45,801 bases of DNA from Candidatus Omnitrophota bacterium (lineage in GTDB: Bacteria; Omnitrophota; Gorgyraeia; Gygaellales; Profunditerraquicolaceae): NCBI GenBank assembly GCA_041649385.1, contig JBAZNG010000002.1:1-45801 (forward strand). The letters are read 5' to 3'. Shown piece after piece: positions 19,208 to 25,194 of this stretch; the first letter of the stretch is position 1; each line of letters begins with the position of its first letter. The notes below the pieces were generated by a model that was given only the letters and a program-made list of their open reading frames with translations, was not told the origin of the DNA and ran no database searches. Made by a program: the position numbers and the translations under genes.

Positions 19208-20448
19208 GATAGTTTACGGTTAATGATCAAGTTCACTAAACCTAAAATACTGAAGATGCACCCGACGATGACCAAGATCGCCAGCTGGGAGAATCTCTCC
19301 GCTAAAAGGCTGCTGATGAACATAAACAACAAAAACCCCAGATGCATGACAATTTCCAGGGAACTGAAGATCTTGCCCAGCATCTCATTATCGCTGGCAT
19401 TATGGATGATCGTATTGGAAGCGATCATGATTGGGGCGATAGCCAGGCCTAATAATAAAGCTAAACTCGCGGCTACGGCAAAATTCGGGTAATAGTATAT
19501 CCCCAAAGCGAAAATAATCAACATAAAACCGCTTAAGATCAGCGAACTAAAGATGGTCTTGTAATGGGAGATGCGCTGGCCGAACTTGCCGTAAACAAGC
19601 GAACCCAGAAACAGGCCGATACCTAAAAACATTGCCAATAAACCCAGGTCTTTTGTGGCTGAATGCAAGGTGTTCTGCACGAAAACTATCACCACAACAT
19701 AAACCGCGCCCAGCGCTGACCAGAGGGCAAAGATTATCCCGGCGGTAAAACGGATATTTTTATTGCGGATGAAATACAGGACGCCGTCCTTGATCTCCTG
19801 AAAAACGGATTTCCTGAGCACCTGGACGATCTCCTCGCTTACCTCCCGTAAATTAACCAGCGAATTGGATTTCTTGACGATCAGAAAAACTAAAGTTCCG
19901 GAAACCAGGAAACCAAAAGCATCAAGATAAAAACCGCCTTTTGCACCCAGCCACTCCACTACTACGCCGCTTATGCCAAAACCCAATATGGCGGCGATCA
20001 TTCCGGTAGTATTCACTAAGGAATTCGCAATCAAAAGGTCTTTTTTATCTACCAGTTCAGGGATGATGGAAAGCTTTGCCGGCACAAAGAACCTGCCTAT
20101 GGAAAAAACAATAAAGATGATCAGGTAAACAGGGATAAGGCTTCTGGAGTAAAATAAAAATAGCGGGATAGCCAGAATCAGCGCGCTGCGGATAAAATCA
20201 CAGACAAACATCGTCCGCCTCCTGTCCCAGCGGTCAACATAAACCCCGGCAAGCGGGCCAATGAGAAAAACGGGAATGATCGTAAAAGACAATATTTTAG
20301 CTATCTGCATGGCTGAACCTGGGGCACGCAGGTATACAAAAGCGATCAAAGCCATCTGGCCGAGCCTGTCGCCAAGCTGGGAAATTATCTGGCCCAGCCA
20401 AAGCAGGAAAAAATTACGGTTTCTTAGTACTTTGCGGAATTTGGACAT
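19195..20448 (-). CDS. MFS transporter
   Basis: 417 aa with about 12 TM helices and the loop 2-3 motif GVYVDRWDRRR. Its stop overlaps the rnfC start by 13 nt. Confidence 0.85.
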   Translation of the reverse strand: MSKFRKVLRNRNFFLLWLGQIISQLGDRLGQMALIAFVYLRAPGSAMQIAKILSFTIIPVFLIGPLAGVYVDRWDRRRTMFVCDFIRSALILAIPLFLFYSRSLIPVYLIIFIVFSIGRFFVPAKLSIIPELVDKKDLLIANSLVNTTGMIAAILGFGISGVVVEWLGAKGGFYLDAFGFLVSGTLVFLIVKKSNSLVNLREVSEEIVQVLRKSVFQEIKDGVLYFIRNKNIRFTAGIIFALWSALGAVYVVVIVFVQNTLHSATKDLGLLAMFLGIGLFLGSLVYGKFGQRISHYKTIFSSLILSGFMLIIFALGIYYYPNFAVAASLALLLGLAIAPIMIASNTIIHNASDNEMLGKIFSSLEIVMHLGFLLFMFISSLLAERFSQLAILVIVGCIFSILGLVNLIINRKLSWLE

Positions 20449-20493
20449 AAATTAAGACGATTTGGCCTCTGAAATGTTCAGGCCATAATTATA

Positions 20494-20566
20494 AGCCGAT
20501 GAGTGGAATCGAACCACCGACCTTGACTTTACGAAAGTCCTGCTCTACCAACTGAGCTACATCGGC
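20494..20566 (-). tRNA. tRNA-Thr(CGU)
   Basis: The minus strand reads GCCGATGTAGCTCAGTTGGTAGAGCAGGACTTTCGTAAAGTCAAGGTCGGTGGTTCGATTCCACTCATCGGCT. It folds as a cloverleaf with anticodon loop TTCGTAA. Confidence 0.85.
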
Positions 20567-20752
20567 AATCAATAAACTTATTGGTTAAATACCTGCCTGT
20601 TAAATTAAGCAAGCAACCATCGAAAAAAGCCTTCACCCTGCAAGCATAAGCTTCTATCGGCAATTTGCCCAATATTATACCAATTTCCTTAAAATAGTCA
20701 AACGATTAGCTTTTCCTTATAGCAACATCCTGACGCAAGTATCCACTATAAT

Positions 20753-20999
20753 GCGTGGATGGCTTGGCATATTTGGAGCTGGGCTCACTTGGGCCTGAGC
20801 GGGCATGGCCCTGGTAAAGAACTTTGGTTTGGAGCCAGTGGCCCCAAGGCCAAACACAGCAGGCCAGAAGGCCATACCGGCCGGTCATATACGCACGGGT
20901 AATTGCCGCGCTGGAGCAAACAAGCCTGCCTGGCGGCAGTCAGGGCAGGCAGGACAGGCAGGCGTCCCAACAAAAAATATGCCAAGGCATGGCCCACGC
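20753..20999. ncRNA. candidate structured RNA or GC-rich repeat cluster of unknown class
   Basis: A GC-rich block sits in an AT-rich spacer and carries only short overlapping ORFs in four frames. Long-range pairing is visible between CTTGGCATAT (20763-72) and ATATGCCAAG (20977-86), and between GCGTGG (20753-58) and CCACGC (20994-99), with several internal hairpins. On the plus strand a TATAAT box lies at 20747-52. No RNase P, tmRNA or SRP signature motifs were found. Confidence 0.3.
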
Positions 21000-21049
21000 T
21001 AAAAATATAATAAGTAGTTGATATTACACATATTTACCTTAAAAAATAG

Positions 21050-21077
21050 TTGACAAAAACCGGATTAATGATATATT
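21050..21077 (+). promoter_or_regulatory. sigma70-type promoter of csp (TTGACA-16-TATATT)
   Basis: TTGACA lies at 21050-55 and TATATT at 21072-77, leaving a 5' UTR of about 125 nt typical of cold-shock genes. Confidence 0.5.
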
Positions 21078-21209
21078 ATTTTTGTTATTAACAAATTTTG
21101 CAGGAGAAACAAAGAAATTGTTTAGTAGCAGATCGAACCGCAAGCAGAAAGACTAACAAAACATGCTTTGCGGCTTTTTTATTATCCTGAAGGAGGTGAG
21201 GAGTAAAAC

Positions 21210-21410
21210 ATGGCGAAAGGCAAAGTAAAGTGGTTCAGTAATCAAAAAGGTTACGGCTTTATTACTTCTGAAGATGGCAAAGATGTCTTTGTGCATTTCA
21301 GCGCTGTCAAAGGAGATGGTTATAAATCCTTAGCAGAAGGTGATGAAGTAGAATTTGAAGTCACTCAAGGCCCTAAAGGCGACCAGGCAACTAACGTAAG
21401 CAAAATATAA
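21210..21410 (+). CDS. cold-shock protein (CspA family)
   Basis: 66 aa, [18 protein letters not shown]...VFVHFSA, carrying the RNP1/RNP2 motifs. Confidence 0.95.
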   Translation: MAKGKVKWFSNQKGYGFITSEDGKDVFVHFSAVKGDGYKSLAEGDEVEFEVTQGPKGDQATNVSKI

Positions 21411-21427
21411 GTTATTCTGCCCAAAAC

Positions 21428-21467
21428 AAAACCCCGCGCAAGATCGATCTTGCGCGGGGTTTTTCTT
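21428..21467 (+). terminator. rho-independent terminator of csp
   Basis: AAAACCCCGCGCAAGATC / GATCTTGCGCGGGGTTTT forms a perfect stem followed by a T-run. Confidence 0.85.
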
Positions 21468-21735
21468 TCTCTAGATAAAATCACTAATTATTCTTCGAAA
21501 CCTTGCTCCCGCCTCATAGAATATACTGGAATTATCTTCAGTAATTTGACATATTCGGCGGGATAAATTCGGCCAAACAACTTATGGAACGAGCGAAAGC
21601 AAGTGAACATAAGTTGCTGTGCGAATTAATCCCTGATGTTACGAGCCCCCCCCTAATGCCCGAGGCGAGGATTTAACATCAGGGAGGACCCCCCAAAAAA
21701 AAAATAAGCGCCATTATCTAACGCTTATAATATTA

Positions 21736-21752
21736 AAATGCCGAGAGAGGGA
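21736..21752. repeat. att repeat, distal copy (orphan tRNA-Phe 3' fragment)
   Basis: AAATGCCGAGAGAGGGA is identical to 31597-31613. On the minus strand it is followed by the hairpin ATAAGCG...CGCTTAT plus a T10 run, which looks like the original tRNA terminator. Confidence 0.8.
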
Positions 21753-21811
21753 TAAGGTATTTCTTTTTTTATAACTACTAATTATATCAATCATTTATAT
21801 CTCCCACAAGT

Positions 21812-22978
21812 TTATTTTTGAGCCTTTAAAGAGCCCTTATCTTCTGCTTGGCTACCTAAAAAAATTGTTTTCTTATAAATATCCGCCATATAATCCGGCG
21901 CAAGGTGTTTGTATCTTTCAATCATATCTTTCTCTTTCCATCCGCCGATCGCCTGAACCACATCTGAAGGGCAGCCTTTCATAATAGAATGCGCAGTCCA
22001 AGTATGCCTAAAGCTATGCAGCTTGCCGGGCTTGATCCCTGCCTTACTGCACAGTTTCTTTAACTTCTGCCTTATCGCGTCATTAGAAAACGGTTTGCCC
22101 CTTGAATTAACAAACACAAAATCTCCGTCTCCCTGATCATTGCGAATACCCTCACCACCGTCATTGCGAGCCCCGAAGGGGCGAAGCAATCTCAAAATCG
22201 ATACCAACTCCGGATGAATAGGAATCGCCCTTGGCCTATCAGTCTTCGGCTTAAACCCCTCTTTGTGCCGTATAAGTATAATTCCTTTGTCAAAATCAAT
22301 ATCCCCCCTCCTAAGGGACATCAATTCCCTTTTACGCATACCTGTATAATAATAGGTAGCGAATATAACATACCAATTTATCCTTGTTTTCTCACTTCTG
22401 GCTATTTCAAAAATTTTCCGAATCTCCTCTTCAGTAAACCAGCGCTCTTCCTTGTATGGTTCCTGCAATCTCTTAACTTTAGATAAAGGATTATAATTAA
22501 GATAATCTTTTTCCATTAAACGTTTAAATAAATTACTTAACATATCTAATTCAAAATTAATCGTCCTTTCCTTTTTACCTTTAATGTTCTTGCGGTATTC
22601 TTTAAATTCCTCAAAGTGTTTTTGTGCCAATTCATCCATATACTCTAAAGCTAAAAATTTGTCCTTGAGAAATTCTGCGAAATTATTCATAATTTCTTCA
22701 TACCGGGCAACGGTTTTCTTATTACTTAATTCGGTTCTTTTTTGCTCAAGCCACGATTGCACGCCTTGGCTGACAGTAATCCTATAAGAAAATGACTGCC
22801 TCTTAAGGCCAGCGTACATTCTATTAAATTCAGGCAAATTCCTTTTTACTTCATCATACGTTATGCCTAACTTATAATATTCCCTTTTTTGGGTTCGAGG
22901 ATTAGTATAACGGATCTCAAAGAACTTGCCCCGCTTAACCACACTCTTAAGGTTAAATTGCCTTAAACGATAGGTCAT
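21812..22978 (-). CDS. tyrosine recombinase / phage-type integrase
   Basis: 388 aa with GMRKRELMSL (Arg I), HSFRHTWTAH (His-x-x-Arg) and ERYKHL (catalytic Tyr region). It contains an in-frame 33-nt hairpin-repeat insertion that encodes ...RLLRPFGARND.... Confidence 0.9.
   Translation of the reverse strand: MTYRLRQFNLKSVVKRGKFFEIRYTNPRTQKREYYKLGITYDEVKRNLPEFNRMYAGLKRQSFSYRITVSQGVQSWLEQKRTELSNKKTVARYEEIMNNFAEFLKDKFLALEYMDELAQKHFEEFKEYRKNIKGKKERTINFELDMLSNLFKRLMEKDYLNYNPLSKVKRLQEPYKEERWFTEEEIRKIFEIARSEKTRINWYVIFATYYYTGMRKRELMSLRRGDIDFDKGIILIRHKEGFKPKTDRPRAIPIHPELVSILRLLRPFGARNDGGEGIRNDQGDGDFVFVNSRGKPFSNDAIRQKLKKLCSKAGIKPGKLHSFRHTWTAHSIMKGCPSDVVQAIGGWKEKDMIERYKHLAPDYMADIYKKTIFLGSQAEDKGSLKAQK
22160..22192. 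repeat. 33-nt two-tier hairpin element embedded in the integrase ORF
   Basis: The sequence is GTCATTGCGAG-CCCCGAAGGGGC-GAAGCAATCT. The same flanks occur with a compensatory inner stem (GCGCGAAGCGCC) at 31388-31420 in the opposite orientation. Confidence 0.85.
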
Positions 22979-23154
22979 ATTAATTTAATACTGCTTGCCT
23001 CTCCGCTCTCCCATTTCTCAAGCTCATCCGCCTTAAAACGTAAACCGCCTCTTTTAAGGTATGGTATTAAATTCTTTGAAGTCCACTGGTAAAGCGTATT
23101 CTTTTTAATACTATACCTCTGGCAAACTTCTTCTGGTGTTAACAATCTATCCAT
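22975..23154 (-). CDS. excisionase-family helix-turn-helix protein
   Basis: Manual translation gives MDRLLTPEEVCQRYSIKKNTLYQWTSKNLIPYLKRGGLRFKADELEKWESGEASSIKLI* (59 aa). This is the typical HTH_17/Xis pattern. Its stop overlaps the integrase start (ATGA). Confidence 0.6.
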   Translation of the reverse strand: MDRLLTPEEVCQRYSIKKNTLYQWTSKNLIPYLKRGGLRFKADELEKWESGEASSIKLI

Positions 23155-23330
23155 GTTTCCACCCCCTTACCTTTAATTAATATTGAATAGCTAATTTCAA
23201 TTTCTTTTTCTTGCCTAATCTTTTCGTGAAACTCCCTTAATTGCCTAATGGTAATGCCTACCGCATTAGCATATTTAGCCTTATCCCACCCCATTAAATA
23301 ATTTCTTTTACAACAGATGTTAATCATCAT
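23139..23330 (-). CDS. hypothetical small protein
   Basis: 63-aa track ORF that overlaps the xis-like start by 16 nt. There is no recognisable motif and the start is uncertain. Confidence 0.3.
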   Translation of the reverse strand: MMINICCKRNYLMGWDKAKYANAVGITIRQLREFHEKIRQEKEIEISYSILIKGKGVETWIDC

Positions 23331-23388
23331 GTCCCCCCTTCCTTATATCGTGTGTAATTACACTTGTAATATCAAAGGGCAAAAAAAT

Positions 23389-23583
23389 TTACCAGTTAAT
23401 TCCTAATGCCTTTATCTCCTGAATCACCCTGTCTTGTTTCGGCACACTCATCCCCAATTCCCACCGCGCAACTGTTGTGGTAGTAGTCATCAACTTCCCA
23501 GCTAATTCCTTCTGAGTAAGATCCTTCTCTTCTCTATATCTCTTAATTGCTCTAGCAAATTTTTGCCTGTCTATCGTCGTCAT
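23389..23583 (-). CDS. XRE-family HTH transcriptional regulator
   Basis: 64 aa with FARAIKRYREEKDLTQKELAGKLMTTTTTVARWELG, the Cro/C1-type HTH. Confidence 0.8.
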   Translation of the reverse strand: MTTIDRQKFARAIKRYREEKDLTQKELAGKLMTTTTTVARWELGMSVPKQDRVIQEIKALGINW

Positions 23584-23709
23584 CTCTTCCCTTTTTTCAG
23601 ATTACTTGTATCCTACCACATGTAATTACATCTGTCAAGTATTATTTTTTTTATAAGTTTTTTAAAAAAATCTAATAATTTTAAAGTGTAGGTATCAGAG
23701 TGGCTAACT

Positions 23710-24159
23710 CTATTTTGATTTCTGCAAGAATAGCACTCTATCAAGTAGTCTATCAATATTACCAATTATTGACTGCAAGGTAAGCTTAATATCGTTCTGA
23801 CCAGTTATTAATTCCTTGGATGTGCTATCCATCTTATTTTCCAAAATCATTGTCTTTGACTTTACATCAGTCACTGATGCATTTAAAGACCAACAAAACC
23901 AAAGAACAGCAGCTAAAAGTGGTCCCCAAATTAAGAAATGTTTTAACCACCTAGGCATTTCCCATGCCTTAATATCGGAGGGCGGTATAATAACATTACC
24001 CAAAGGAGTATCTGTAGACGTTATTCTTTCCTGATTCTCTTCGCCGTCTACAAGAGCAGATGTTTCTCCAGATTTCGCTCTATCAAAACTATCTAAATAC
24101 TTTTCAGGAGTTCGAGATGGAGCACTAAAAGGGGATTTCTTTCTATTTTTACTACTCAT
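23710..24159 (-). CDS. hypothetical single-pass membrane protein (disordered basic N-terminus, TM helix, C-terminal coiled coil)
   Basis: 149 aa with TM segment FLIWGPLLAAVLWFCWSL. Its start overlaps the stop of the upstream 246-aa ORF by 4 nt. Confidence 0.6.
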   Translation of the reverse strand: MSSKNRKKSPFSAPSRTPEKYLDSFDRAKSGETSALVDGEENQERITSTDTPLGNVIIPPSDIKAWEMPRWLKHFLIWGPLLAAVLWFCWSLNASVTDVKSKTMILENKMDSTSKELITGQNDIKLTLQSIIGNIDRLLDRVLFLQKSK

Positions 24160-24896
24160 AAATTAATCTCCACTCCTTTTGCCTTAAATGCGGGCAAAAC
24201 CACAGTCTGCAAATGATCTATAGCAAATTCATAGTGATCATCAACATCGACTACCTTTTGCATTGGTTCAAAAATCCTCTGAACATCAATACTTACAAAA
24301 AGACATTTATTTTCTTTACCATCTTCATTAATCCCCTTGGATTGATTCAAAATAACAATCACATTGCGATAATCTTTAAGGTCTTTGATAACCAACCCTC
24401 CAGGAATCTGAAGCTTATAGACAAATCGTAAACTTGCTTCGCTTCCCTCTTCTTGCCCATGAAAATCTATGAAATTGTTATAAATAAATTTACCAAAATT
24501 CTCATTAACGATACCATTAAACTCCGGTATACGAAATTCAAATATCATTCCAATTCTGGAATAATCTTTGTCCAGCTCAAATCTCTTACTAACTACGGGA
24601 AGACATCCTTTCATCATATTAATGACTTTTAATTTATTAACCTCGACATAACTTCTTTTTTCCCCGTCAAATAATTTCCTATTCTCCACTATAATATCAT
24701 CAATACTTACTTTTGTTATCAAAGAGTTATCAGTATCGCTTAAGGCAATCTCGTTAACCGTAGGAACTTCTTCAATCTTAACGAAATCTTTTGGGTAAAC
24801 TTTTATTAAATCATCTGCAATTTGACCAGAAAGACTCCGCACCCTAAACACCCGCGTATGGCGTATTCCTATTAAAAAACGAGATAGATGTATCAT
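24156..24896 (-). CDS. hypothetical 246-aa soluble protein
   Basis: Long ORF with an AGGAGG-like Shine-Dalgarno (TAAGGAGGTATGAAATG). I cannot assign a family motif. It is translationally coupled to the 149-aa membrane protein. Confidence 0.65.
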   Translation of the reverse strand: MIHLSRFLIGIRHTRVFRVRSLSGQIADDLIKVYPKDFVKIEEVPTVNEIALSDTDNSLITKVSIDDIIVENRKLFDGEKRSYVEVNKLKVINMMKGCLPVVSKRFELDKDYSRIGMIFEFRIPEFNGIVNENFGKFIYNNFIDFHGQEEGSEASLRFVYKLQIPGGLVIKDLKDYRNVIVILNQSKGINEDGKENKCLFVSIDVQRIFEPMQKVVDVDDHYEFAIDHLQTVVLPAFKAKGVEINL

Positions 24897-25194
24897 TTCA
24901 TACCTCCTTAGAATTTCTTATAACAGCTATTCCTTCCGCTAATAATATCCTTCAAGTGTTTACCTTTAAAATGTCTTTATTTTACGGCTTCACCTCACTA
25001 CATTCAAGTTATTTGTCATCCATTGCTTAATTGACAACGTTAAACGCTTATCATGCTTTAAGCATTTATTTAGTTAGAAATGGTTAACTTAATAGATTGC
25101 TTCTATAAATTTTTTAAAAATAAAAGGGGGCGCTTATATTTTCCAGCTTTAGCATCAAAAAATAGAAACGACCACTTTTTTCCTACCTTAAAGG

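Noticed and set aside
20753-20999. Calling the GC-rich block RNase P RNA, tmRNA, SRP RNA or 6S RNA
   Set aside because: I searched by eye on both strands. I found no P4 strings (GGAAAGTCC / ACAGAA-CCGGCTTA), no tmRNA tRNA-like ends and no SRP GGAA-tetraloop helix 8. The 6S resemblance is limited to short strings. The class is left open.
20706-21021. Four overlapping 60-70-aa ORFs (two per strand) as protein-coding genes
   Set aside because: They overlap each other in a GC-rich block and have Pro/Gly/Arg/Ala-rich low-complexity translations. None has a Shine-Dalgarno. The region shows long-range base pairing instead.
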